Positions 9,745-18,122 of a stretch of DNA of 64,000 nucleotides are shown here, piece by piece. How positions within the stretch are numbered: the first letter of the stretch is position 1; every line of letters starts with the position of its first letter. The position numbers and the translations under genes were made by a program. The notes beneath the pieces were generated by a model. That model made no database searches. It was given only the letters and a program-made list of their open reading frames with translations, and was not told the DNA's origin. Origin of the DNA: Rhizobiaceae bacterium (lineage in GTDB: Bacteria; Pseudomonadota; Alphaproteobacteria; Rhizobiales; Rhizobiaceae); assembly GCA_019635695.1 (NCBI GenBank), contig JAHBYZ010000003.1, positions 1-64,000 on the forward strand. Direction: 5' to 3'.

Positions 9745-9984
9745 ATGGCCAATCCGTTCACCGACCATCCCGCCACCGTCGGCGAGACCTATTTCGGCCA
9801 TATGGCCTTCGCCGCCTGGTTCTCCTCGCGGCTGGCCATGGCCGCCGGTGCGGCCATCGTTCACGCTTTCTTGCCGTTTCTGTTCGAGACTACGGCCAGC
9901 CGCATCGTGCGCGAGCTCTACGAGCGCACGTCGAAGCGCGCCGCTCCCGCCGCAGGCAACGGGACCCGGCAGCCAGCCCACTAA
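9745..9984 (+). CDS. small hydrophobic hypothetical protein (79 aa)
   Basis: AAGGGGAA RBS before the ATG. Divergent from the Lrp gene. One or two predicted TM helices. Confidence 0.4.
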   Translation: MANPFTDHPATVGETYFGHMAFAAWFSSRLAMAAGAAIVHAFLPFLFETTASRIVRELYERTSKRAAPAAGNGTRQPAH

Positions 9985-10007
9985 GCGCCTGACGCGAGGT
10001 CTCGCGC

Positions 10008-10805
10008 ATGTGCCGCTGGGCGGCCTATCTCGGTAAGCCACTTTTCCTCGAGGAGATCGTCTCCGCGCCCTGCCATTCGCTGGTGGCGCAGAGCCACCAC
10101 GCGCGCGAGGGCAAGACCGCGACCAATGGCGACGGTTTCGGCGTCGCCTGGTATGGCGAGCGGCCCGAGCCCGGCCTCTATCGTGACATCCTGCCGGCCT
10201 GGTCCGATCCCAACCTGAAGAGCCTCGGGCGGCAGATAAGATCGCCGCTCTTCCTCGCCCATGTCAGGGCTTCCACCGGCGGCGCCACCAGCCGCGCCAA
10301 CTGCCATCCGTTCGCCCAGGGTCGCTGGGCCTTCATGCACAACGGCCAGATCGGCTGCTTCGACGCCATCCGCCGCAGGCTCGAATCCGGCCTCTCGGAC
10401 GCGCTCTACGCTGCGCGGCAGGGCACGACGGATTCCGAATTGTTCTTCCTCCTGATGCTGGAGGAGGGGCTCGACCACGACACGCACGGCGCCGTCGCCC
10501 GTGCCGCGGCCCGCGTGCTCGACGCGGCGCGCGCCGCAAGCGTCGCCCCCACCTTCAAGCTGACCGCCGCGTTTGCCGACGGCGAACGGCTGCATGCCGT
10601 GCGTTGGGCCAGTGCCGGCAACCCGCCTTCGCTCTATCTCGGCGGTTTTCGCGAGGCGGGCCGCTGCGTCGTCTCGGAGCCCTTCGACCGCGACGAGCCG
10701 AACTGGCAACCGGTCGCGCCGGGCAGCTTCGTCACCGTGACGCGTGACGCCGTTTCGATCTCCGCGTTCGCGCCCGAAGGGGCCCGGCTGGCGCTCGCCG
10801 GCTAG
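10008..10805 (+). CDS. class II (Ntn) glutamine amidotransferase, EgtC-like
   Basis: Mature N-terminal Cys (MCRW...) and the GATase2 pattern (GDGFGVAWY, HVRASTGG, NCHPF, HNGQI). Confidence 0.7.
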   Translation: MCRWAAYLGKPLFLEEIVSAPCHSLVAQSHHAREGKTATNGDGFGVAWYGERPEPGLYRDILPAWSDPNLKSLGRQIRSPLFLAHVRASTGGATSRANCHPFAQGRWAFMHNGQIGCFDAIRRRLESGLSDALYAARQGTTDSELFFLLMLEEGLDHDTHGAVARAAARVLDAARAASVAPTFKLTAAFADGERLHAVRWASAGNPPSLYLGGFREAGRCVVSEPFDRDEPNWQPVAPGSFVTVTRDAVSISAFAPEGARLALAG

Positions 10806-11290
10806 CCGCCTGCCCGCGAAAACCGCATCACCCAGTTCTTTTCCCAGGTCCTGCCGCCGTCGGCCGACATCGACTGTTCCCACACCGGCCGTTCGCCGCC
10901 GGTCCAGTCGAAACGCACCTTCACGGGCTGACCCGCCTCGACATCGTCGCCGAGGAACACGCCGCGCCCGTCCTCGAAGCGGCCAACGGTGGGTGGAAAC
11001 AGCCGGTGGCTCCTGGTGTCGGACCAGTAGATCGACCACAGGCCGGTCGCGGGATCGTAGAGCCGCAGCGTCATGCCGGTGAAGCCCGCGCCCGTGGCCG
11101 CTGAGGGCGGCACGACCATCTGGTCGAGATTGCCGCCGAAAACGCCGTCCGGTCCGCGCATCACCTTCTCGACCCGCGACGTCGCGTCGAACTGCTTCCA
11201 GTCGGTCGCGCCGGCGAGGCGCCTGCTCAGGAATTCGTTTGCAACCGTCCAGTCGCCGATGAGGAAATCGAAGTCGTCGAATCCGGCCAT
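10802..11290 (-). CDS. conserved hypothetical protein
   Basis: ORF with GGGGAG RBS before the internal Met (MAGFDDFDF). No assignable domain. Confidence 0.5.
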   Translation of the reverse strand: MAGFDDFDFLIGDWTVANEFLSRRLAGATDWKQFDATSRVEKVMRGPDGVFGGNLDQMVVPPSAATGAGFTGMTLRLYDPATGLWSIYWSDTRSHRLFPPTVGRFEDGRGVFLGDDVEAGQPVKVRFDWTGGERPVWEQSMSADGGRTWEKNWVMRFSRAGG

Positions 11291-11398
11291 GTCCGCTGCT
11301 CCCCGATATGCGGTCCGGTAATAGCTGACGCCTCCTGACATGGTAGCGGCAGGAGATGCGGAACCGCGCTGCTTGACTCGTTGGACTGCACATAGTAG

Positions 11399-11430
11399 AT
11401 AACCGGCAAGTTAATTAACCGGTCGGTTAT
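11399..11430. promoter_or_regulatory. candidate ArsR operator (inverted repeat ATAACCGG...CCGGTTAT with inner TTAATTAA)
   Basis: Imperfect palindrome immediately upstream of the ArsR-family gene start. Approximate coordinates. Confidence 0.3.
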
Positions 11431-11434
11431 TGAA

Positions 11435-11797
11435 TTGGCTCTCGACCCGCTCTCGCAGACGCTCTTCGCGCTCGCCGACCCCACCCGCCGCGCCATCGTG
11501 CAGAGGCTGTCTGCGGGCGAGGCGACCGTGAACGAGCTGGCGCAACCGTTCGAGATGAGCGTGCCGGCGATCTCCAAGCACCTGAAGGTGCTGGAGCGCG
11601 CCGGGCTGGTCGAACAGGGCCGCGAAAAACAGTTCCGGCCGCGCAAGCTGCGCCCCGAGCCGTTCCGCGAGCTGGCCGGCTGGCTCGACGGCTACCGCCG
11701 CTACTGGGACGAGAGCCTCGACCGGCTGGACGACTATCTCAGGGAACTTCAACGCAACGAAGGAGTGAACGATGAGCCAGAGCGCAAGGCGGATTGA
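11435..11797 (+). CDS. ArsR/SmtB family transcriptional regulator
   Basis: HTH pattern LADPTRRAIVQRLSAGEATVNELA...SKHLKVLERAGLV. Apparent TTG start. Confidence 0.8.
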   Translation: MALDPLSQTLFALADPTRRAIVQRLSAGEATVNELAQPFEMSVPAISKHLKVLERAGLVEQGREKQFRPRKLRPEPFRELAGWLDGYRRYWDESLDRLDDYLRELQRNEGVNDEPERKAD

Positions 11798-12737
11798 CCC
11801 GCTGCCCCACCTGCATTTCACCCGCACCTTCGACGCGCCGAAGGCGCTGATGTGGGACATCTGGACGAAGCCGGAGCACATGCGCCGCTGGTGGGCGCCG
11901 CACCATTTCACCGTGCCGCTTGCCGAGTTCGAGGCGCGGGTCGGCGCGCCGCTGCGCATCGACTTCCGCGCGCCGTCCGGCCACGTCTTCGCCAACTACG
12001 GCGAGGTGACGGAGGTCGTGCCGACCGACCGGCTCGCCTTCACCACGGAATATCGCGAGAACGGCAAGCTGCTTGTCGTCAACCTCTTCACCGTGACTTT
12101 TCACGACGAAGGCAGGAAGACCCGGCTGGAGATCGACGCGAAGATCACCTTCGCCGAGCCCGAGGCCGCCGAGAGCCTCGGGGGAATGGAGCAGGGTTTC
12201 GGCGAGCAGTTGGAGAAGCTGGAGCTGGAAGCGGTCTATGCCGCCAAGGACGATCCCAAGAAGCTCGCGGTCGCCTGTCCCGCCGGCTCGCCGGTCATCC
12301 TCATGCAACGCCTGCTCGACGGCCCGCGTGAGCTGGTCTGGGCGTACATGACGACGAAGGAGCATTTTTCGACGTGGTGGGGGCCGCGCTCCTACACCAA
12401 CGAGATCACCGATTTCGATGTGCGCGAGGGCGGCAAATGGCGTGTGATCCAGCGCGACCCCAAGGGCGACGAGTTCATCTTCCGCGGCGTATTCAAGGAA
12501 ATCCAGAAGCCGGACCGGCTGACCTGGACTTTCGGCATGGAGAACATGTTCGAGGGCATGGAGGCCGTGGAAACCTACATCCTCGAGGATCTCGGCAACG
12601 GGCAGACGCGCTATTCCGCCATCTCCGTCTTCCCTTCGGTCGAGGCCCGCGATGGCATGGCGGCCACCGACATGGAGTGGGGCGCCGGCGAGACTATGGA
12701 CCGGCTGGACGAACTGCTGGCGCAGCTGAAGGGTTGA
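11772..12737 (+). CDS. tandem SRPBCC (AHSA1/Aha1-like) domain protein
   Basis: Two Aha1-like domains. Overlaps the ArsR stop. Classical ArsR-AHSA1 pairing. Confidence 0.7.
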   Translation: MSQSARRIDPLPHLHFTRTFDAPKALMWDIWTKPEHMRRWWAPHHFTVPLAEFEARVGAPLRIDFRAPSGHVFANYGEVTEVVPTDRLAFTTEYRENGKLLVVNLFTVTFHDEGRKTRLEIDAKITFAEPEAAESLGGMEQGFGEQLEKLELEAVYAAKDDPKKLAVACPAGSPVILMQRLLDGPRELVWAYMTTKEHFSTWWGPRSYTNEITDFDVREGGKWRVIQRDPKGDEFIFRGVFKEIQKPDRLTWTFGMENMFEGMEAVETYILEDLGNGQTRYSAISVFPSVEARDGMAATDMEWGAGETMDRLDELLAQLKG

Positions 12738-12869
12738 TCGGCGACGCTCCGGCGATGTGGCATCTCGAAAGATAGAGTGATCCGCCGACCTCATTGTCGC
12801 CGCCAACGGACGGAACATCGGGGCAGGGACGTCATTGAGGTGGCGACGGGGCTCGAGAAAGGACTAGAG

Positions 12870-13427
12870 ATGATCACCTATCGCTCGCTTGCAGCTGTGC
12901 TGCTCGCCACATCGCTCGTTTCGGCTCCTGCCTTCGCTCAGGGTAACAGCGGCAATGCACCGGGCCATTCGGGGGAGGCTCCGGGAAATTCCGGAAACGC
13001 CCCGGGCCACGCGGACGGCGCGCCCGGCAGATCCGGCGAGGCTCCCGGCCATATGGGAGGCGGATTCATCTTCTCGCCAGGCAAGAGCGCGGAGGCTCCG
13101 CGCGGAGAGCGCGTCGACCGCACCAGTACAGCCGCGATTGGCCAGAAGAACTTCGGCACGGTGATCTCGTCGATACGCGCCGGCAAGAGCGACCTTTCGG
13201 GTCTGATCGACGGTGCCGCGGTGAACGTCGTGGACGTCGACACGCTCATCCAGGGCGCCAACCGCGTGGCGCTCGAGAATGCGCTTCGCGACAACGGTGC
13301 TGAGATCGATTCCCTTCGCGACGAACTCGCCGCGCTCGATCTTGTCGGCGTGGACGATGCCACAGTTGACGCGGTCGTCGCCGCCCGCGTCGAGGCCGAC
13401 GGCAGCCTGACGCTCTACGTCGACTGA
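12870..13427 (+). CDS. secreted Gly/Asn/Pro-rich repeat protein
   Basis: Signal peptide (MITYRSLAAVLLATSLVSAPAFA) followed by repeated GNSGNAPGHSGEAPG units. AAAGGA RBS. Confidence 0.5.
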   Translation: MITYRSLAAVLLATSLVSAPAFAQGNSGNAPGHSGEAPGNSGNAPGHADGAPGRSGEAPGHMGGGFIFSPGKSAEAPRGERVDRTSTAAIGQKNFGTVISSIRAGKSDLSGLIDGAAVNVVDVDTLIQGANRVALENALRDNGAEIDSLRDELAALDLVGVDDATVDAVVAARVEADGSLTLYVD

Positions 13428-13491
13428 TCGCGAGGTCTCCTGACAGATTCCGGCGGCGGGTTCGTGTAGACCCGCCGCTGGAGGCTTTTGC

Positions 13492-14595
13492 ATGACTGAC
13501 ACGACACAGGCCGCGCCGGCGCTGAAAGAGATCTTCGACCGCGCGCGGCTGAAGTATTTTGCCAGCGAGACGAAGGCGATCTGGCCCCCATTCGACGAAA
13601 AACGTTTCGTCGCGCTGGCGACGGACGGGCTGGACGATCTCGGCATCATGCAGCGGATGCGGCTGGCGGCGGAGGCGTTCGGCGCGACGCTGCCGCAGGA
13701 TTTCGGCAAGGCCGTAGACATCCTCGCGGACCTCGCCCCGCGCATTCGCCACGGTTTCGCGTCGATCACGCTGAGCGAGTTCGTGGCGCTCTATGGGCAG
13801 AAGCACTTCGACCGCTCGATGGCGGCGCTAAAACTGTTCACGACATACGGCTCGGCGGAGTTCGCCATCCGCCACTTCCTCGCCGCCGATTTCGACCGCA
13901 CGCTGGCCGTCATGCGCGGCTGGGCCGAGGACGACAACGAGCACGTCCGCCGTCTTGCCAGCGAAGGGTCGCGCCCGCGCCTCCCGTGGTCGTTCCAGCT
14001 GAAGAACCTGATCGCCGACCCGTCGCCCACCCTGCCGATTCTCGAGCGGCTCAAGGCCGACGACGCGCTCTATGTCCGCAAGTCGGTGGCCAATCATCTG
14101 AACGACATCGGCAAGGACCACCCGGATGTGCTGGTCGACACTGTCTCGCGCTGGGACCGTGCCGATCCGCGCACCGGCTGGATCGTGCGCCACGCCCTGC
14201 GCACGCTGGTGAAGAAGGGCGATGCCCGTGCGCTCGCCATCGTCGGCGCCAGCGGCGAGGCCGACATACGGGTGAACCGCTTTGCCGTAACGCCGGCGAA
14301 GGTCCGGTTGGGCGACCGTATCGCCATAGAAGGCGAGATCGTTTCGACCGGCGCCGGGCCGCAGCGCCTCGTGGTCGACTACGCCGTCCACTATGTGAAG
14401 AAGCTGGGGAAGACCTCGCGCAAAGTCTTCAAGCTGAAGGAGCTTTCGCTGTCGCCGGACGAAGCGGCGAGGCTGTCGATATCGCAGATGATCCGCGACT
14501 TCACCACCCGCACCCACCAGCCGGGGCACCATGCGGTCGAGCTTCTGGTCAACGGACAGGCGCTCGCGCGGTCGGGCTTCGAGATCGTCGCGTAG
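13492..14595 (+). CDS. DNA alkylation repair protein (AlkD-like HEAT-repeat)
   Basis: Similarity to the DNA_alkylation family (HEAT-like repeats, conserved W/R positions). Confidence 0.7.
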   Translation: MTDTTQAAPALKEIFDRARLKYFASETKAIWPPFDEKRFVALATDGLDDLGIMQRMRLAAEAFGATLPQDFGKAVDILADLAPRIRHGFASITLSEFVALYGQKHFDRSMAALKLFTTYGSAEFAIRHFLAADFDRTLAVMRGWAEDDNEHVRRLASEGSRPRLPWSFQLKNLIADPSPTLPILERLKADDALYVRKSVANHLNDIGKDHPDVLVDTVSRWDRADPRTGWIVRHALRTLVKKGDARALAIVGASGEADIRVNRFAVTPAKVRLGDRIAIEGEIVSTGAGPQRLVVDYAVHYVKKLGKTSRKVFKLKELSLSPDEAARLSISQMIRDFTTRTHQPGHHAVELLVNGQALARSGFEIVA

Positions 14596-14768
14596 GGGCT
14601 GCCGCCGCCGCAAAGTCCAATATTGCCCTTGCGTCAGCCGCAATCGACCTCTATACGCCCGCTCCCCGGTCGGAAATCCGACGCGAGCACAACGGCTGGA
14701 GTTCGTGAACTCCGCCCGTGCGGGTGGCCTTGCCTCCCCGCATACGGCGCCGCGACGGAGGATCGGTC

Positions 14769-14842
14769 GAGGCCGTAGCTCAGTGGCAGAGCGCCGGGCT
14801 TATGCCCGGAGGTCGGGGGTTCGATTCCCTCAGGCTTCTCCA
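14769..14842 (+). tRNA. tRNA-like gene with non-canonical 6-nt anticodon loop (possible pseudogene)
   Basis: Canonical acceptor stem (GAGGCCG / AGGCUUC, 6 of 7 pairs), D arm GCUC-AGUGGCA-GAGC, variable loop AGGUC, T arm GGGGG-UUCGAUU-CCCUC and encoded CCA. The anticodon arm is CCGGG-CUUAUG-CCCGG, a 6-nt loop. Confidence 0.45.
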
Positions 14843-14912
14843 TGGATAGCTCATTGGGTAGAGCATCAGACTGATAATCTGACGGTCGAAGGTTCGACTC
14901 CTTCTCCACGCC
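14840..14912 (+). tRNA. tRNA-Ile(GAU)-like gene whose 5' acceptor strand overlaps the CCA of the upstream tRNA
   Basis: Perfect D arm (GCUC..GAGC), anticodon arm UCAGA-CUGAUAA-UCUGA (anticodon GAU) and T arm GAAGG-UUCGACU-CCUUC. The acceptor stem has 2 mismatches (CCAUGGA vs UCCACGC) and there is no encoded CCA. Confidence 0.4.
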
Positions 14913-15209
14913 GGCCTCAAAAACCGGCCACAGCCCTCCAAGCTGTTCCAGACTTCCGGGCCGGGGACCGGAATGCCGGGACTTCGAGCGCGCCGAGCCT
15001 TCGGGCGGAGTGCGCGAAAGGTCTCCGGCCATGCGCGTGTCGCCCGGCAGCGGGTGAAGGCGAAGATGCGTCCGCGCCGGCAACCGGGATCTCCCCGGCG
15101 CCCGCCGTATGCCTCGACGCCCTCTCCCCGCGACCCGCGGCGCATGCATGCCACCGGTCCCCGGTTCATTCGACCTTGGGCAACGAGTGTACGAGCAAAG
15201 GCAACTTCC

Positions 15210-16367
15210 ATGACGATCTTTGCGGATTTCCTCACACCGCACCGCCGCTTCACGGTGATGCAGAACCAGCGCGCCGTCGCGGAGAACCGCGGCAAGGTGC
15301 TCGGCATCTTCGGACCGGGCGAGCATGCGCTGCCGAACCACCGCAACAGCCTGTCGGTCGAGTTCTGCGACATCGTCGGCGATCCGGTATTCCGCTCGAA
15401 GCTTGAAAAGGCGCTGTTCGAGGCCAAGCCCGACGACGCGGCCAGGCACCTGACGGTGTTCCGCACCGGCCGCGCCGAGGTGGCCGTGGTCGAACGCGAC
15501 GGCCGCGTCTTCGACGTGATCGGCCCCGACCAGAAGCTGGTGGTGTGGAACGACGCAGGCCCGTGGAAGGCGACCGTCGTCGACGTCTCGGCCGGCATGC
15601 GCGTCGAGCCGGACCTGCTGCGCCGCCTCACGCTGGCCGGCAAGACCGCGCTCTTCACCGTCACCACGGTGCAGGAGGGGCAGGCCTGCCTGCTCTTCGC
15701 CGACGGCGCCTATGTCGAGACGCTGGGCGCGGGCCTGCACGGCTTCTGGAAGGCCGGCCGCAACGCCACGGTGAAGATCATCGAGACGAAGCGGCAATCG
15801 CTCGACGTGGCCGGGCAGGAGGTGCTGACGAAGGATCGCGTGACGATCCGCGTCAACATCTCGGCCGAGTACCGCGTCGTCGACCCGCTGCTGGCGCATT
15901 CGGCGGTGAAGGATTTTGCCGACGCGCTCTACCGCGCGCTGCAATACGCCTTCCGCAAGACGCTGGGTGCGCTGTCGCTCGACCAGATCCTTGAGAAGAA
16001 GGTGACGGTCGACGAGGAGGCCGCGGCGAAGGTGAAGGCCGACATGGCCGCGATCGGCGTCGAGGTATCGGACATCGCGCTCAAGGACGTGATCCTGCCG
16101 GGCGAGATGCGCGAGATCCTCAACCAGGTGGTGGCGGCGGAAAAGCAGGCCGAGGCCAATGTCATCCGCCGCCGCGAGGAGACGAACGCGACGCGTTCGC
16201 TGCTCAACACGGCGAAGGTGATGGCCGAGAACCCGGTGATGCTGCGCCTGAAGGAGCTGGAGGCTCTGGAGGCCATCGCCGGCAAGGTCGAGCGGCTGAC
16301 GGTGCACAACGGCACCGGCGGCCTGCTCAACGACCTCGTGCGCCTGCGCGACGAGCCGAAGAAGTGA
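15210..16367 (+). CDS. SPFH/band-7 domain protein (slipin-like)
   Basis: SPFH domain with the typical coiled-coil Ala/Glu-rich segment. Start at internal Met (MTIFADFL). Confidence 0.75.
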   Translation: MTIFADFLTPHRRFTVMQNQRAVAENRGKVLGIFGPGEHALPNHRNSLSVEFCDIVGDPVFRSKLEKALFEAKPDDAARHLTVFRTGRAEVAVVERDGRVFDVIGPDQKLVVWNDAGPWKATVVDVSAGMRVEPDLLRRLTLAGKTALFTVTTVQEGQACLLFADGAYVETLGAGLHGFWKAGRNATVKIIETKRQSLDVAGQEVLTKDRVTIRVNISAEYRVVDPLLAHSAVKDFADALYRALQYAFRKTLGALSLDQILEKKVTVDEEAAAKVKADMAAIGVEVSDIALKDVILPGEMREILNQVVAAEKQAEANVIRRREETNATRSLLNTAKVMAENPVMLRLKELEALEAIAGKVERLTVHNGTGGLLNDLVRLRDEPKK

Positions 16368-16464
16368 GGCCAGGGGTCGCCCTCGCGGGCGGCCCCACAC
16401 GCCCGGGCGTCTTCCCCCGCCGGTACGATGCCTATATAGCGCCCGGGAAAGCAGAGACCCCTTC

Positions 16465-18054
16465 ATGGCCGAGACTATCGAACAGGCGGTGGCGCGCCGC
16501 CGCACCTTCGCGATCATTGCCCACCCGGACGCCGGCAAGACGACGCTGACGGAGAAGCTGCTGCTGTTCGGCGGCGCGATCCAGCTCGCCGGCGAGGTGA
16601 AGGCCAAGAAGGACCGCATGAACACGCGCTCCGACTGGATGAAGATCGAGCGCGAGCGCGGCATCTCCGTCGTCACCTCGGTGATGACGTTCGAATACGC
16701 CGACAACGTCTTCAACCTGCTCGACACGCCCGGCCACGAGGACTTCGCCGACGACACCTACCGCACGCTCTCGGCGGTCGACTTCGCCGTCATGGTCATC
16801 GACGGCGCCAAGGGCATCGAGCCGCGCACGCTCAAGCTGTTCGAGGTCTGCCGCCTGCGCGACATTCCCATCGTCACCTTCATCAACAAGATGGACCGCG
16901 AAGCGCGCGACACCTTCGAGATTCTCGACGAGATCGAGGCCAAGCTGGCGCTCGACACCGCGCCGATTACGTGGCCCATCGGCCGCGGCAAGACCTTTTC
17001 CGGCACCTACCACCTGGCCGAAAACGCTGTGCGCCGCTCCGACGACGAGGTCGAGCGCACCAAGGTCAACGGCCCGGATTCCAACCGCGTCGCCGGACTG
17101 CTGCCGGAGAACGAACGCGAGGCCTTCATCGAGGAGCTTGAGCTGGCGCGCGAAGCGTGCAGGCCGTTCGACCTCGAAGCCTTCCGCGAGGGGCACCTGA
17201 CACCGGTTTTCTTCGGCTCGGCGCTGCGCAATTTCGGCGTGCGCGACCTGATCGAGGCGCTGGGCGCATGGGGACCGAAACCGCGCGGTCAGGAGGCAGA
17301 CCGCCGCGAGGTCGAGCCGACGGAAGCCAAGATGACCAGCTTCGTTTTCAAGATCCAGGCCAACATGGACCCCAACCACCGCGACCGCATCGCCTTCGTG
17401 CGCGTATGCTCGGGGCGGCTGGAGCGCGGCATGAAGGCCAAGCTGGTGCGCACCGGCAAGCCGATGTCGCTCAGCGCGCCGCAGTTCTTCTTCGCCCGCA
17501 CCCGCACCACCGCCGACGAGGCCTATGCAGGCGACGTCGTCGGCATTCCCAACCACGGCACGCTCAGGATCGGCGACACGCTGACCGAGGGCGAGGACCT
17601 GCTGTTCCGCGGCGTGCCCAACTTCGCGCCCGAGATCCTGCGCCGCGTGCGTCTCGGCGACGCCATGAAGGCCAAGAAGCTCAAGGAAGCCCTCCAGCAG
17701 ATGGCCGAGGAGGGCGTGGTGCAGCTGTTCCAGCCGGAGGACGGCTCGCCGGCCATGGTCGGCGTCGTCGGCGCGCTGCAGCTCGACGTGCTCAAGGAGC
17801 GGCTCAACGTCGAATACACTTTGCCCGTCGATTTCGAGGTGGCCCGCTTCACCATCTGCCGCTGGATCTCGGCCGACCGCCGCGACGAGCTGGAGCGCTT
17901 CATGGCAGCGCATCGCGGCGACATCGCCCGCGATCTCGACGGCGACCCGGTGTTCCTCGCCCCGCACGAGTTCGGCCTGCGCTACGAGGCCGAGCGCTGG
18001 AAGGACATCCGCTTCGACGCGATCAAGGACTATCAGGTGCGCGAGGCGGCTTAG
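16465..18054 (+). CDS. prfC: peptide chain release factor 3
   Basis: GTPase motifs (AIIAHPDAGKTTLTE, DTPGHEDF, NKMD) and the RF3 C-terminal domains. 529 aa. Confidence 0.9.
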   Translation: MAETIEQAVARRRTFAIIAHPDAGKTTLTEKLLLFGGAIQLAGEVKAKKDRMNTRSDWMKIERERGISVVTSVMTFEYADNVFNLLDTPGHEDFADDTYRTLSAVDFAVMVIDGAKGIEPRTLKLFEVCRLRDIPIVTFINKMDREARDTFEILDEIEAKLALDTAPITWPIGRGKTFSGTYHLAENAVRRSDDEVERTKVNGPDSNRVAGLLPENEREAFIEELELAREACRPFDLEAFREGHLTPVFFGSALRNFGVRDLIEALGAWGPKPRGQEADRREVEPTEAKMTSFVFKIQANMDPNHRDRIAFVRVCSGRLERGMKAKLVRTGKPMSLSAPQFFFARTRTTADEAYAGDVVGIPNHGTLRIGDTLTEGEDLLFRGVPNFAPEILRRVRLGDAMKAKKLKEALQQMAEEGVVQLFQPEDGSPAMVGVVGALQLDVLKERLNVEYTLPVDFEVARFTICRWISADRRDELERFMAAHRGDIARDLDGDPVFLAPHEFGLRYEAERWKDIRFDAIKDYQVREAA

Positions 18055-18122
18055 GCCGCAAGCTCAATTGCGGCTACAATGCCGCTGCGGCGCGCACGAG
18101 CGCGCCCCGAAAGGCATGAACA

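Noticed and set aside
8899-9984. 361-aa ORF spanning dut and the lrp region on the plus strand
   Set aside because: Only the last 79 codons (9745-9984), which have a good RBS and hydrophobic sequence, look genuine. The rest is antisense to dut and the Lrp gene.
12864-14643. Minus-strand ORFs 12864-13769, 13246-13806 and 13828-14643 opposite the repeat-protein and alkD-like genes
   Set aside because: Low-complexity Arg/Ala-rich translations antisense to well-supported plus-strand genes.
14634-16757. 707-aa minus-strand ORF covering the tRNA pair and the SPFH gene
   Set aside because: It translates tRNA sequence (ESNPRPPGISPALCH) and runs antisense to the SPFH protein. It is an artefact of the high-GC reading frame.
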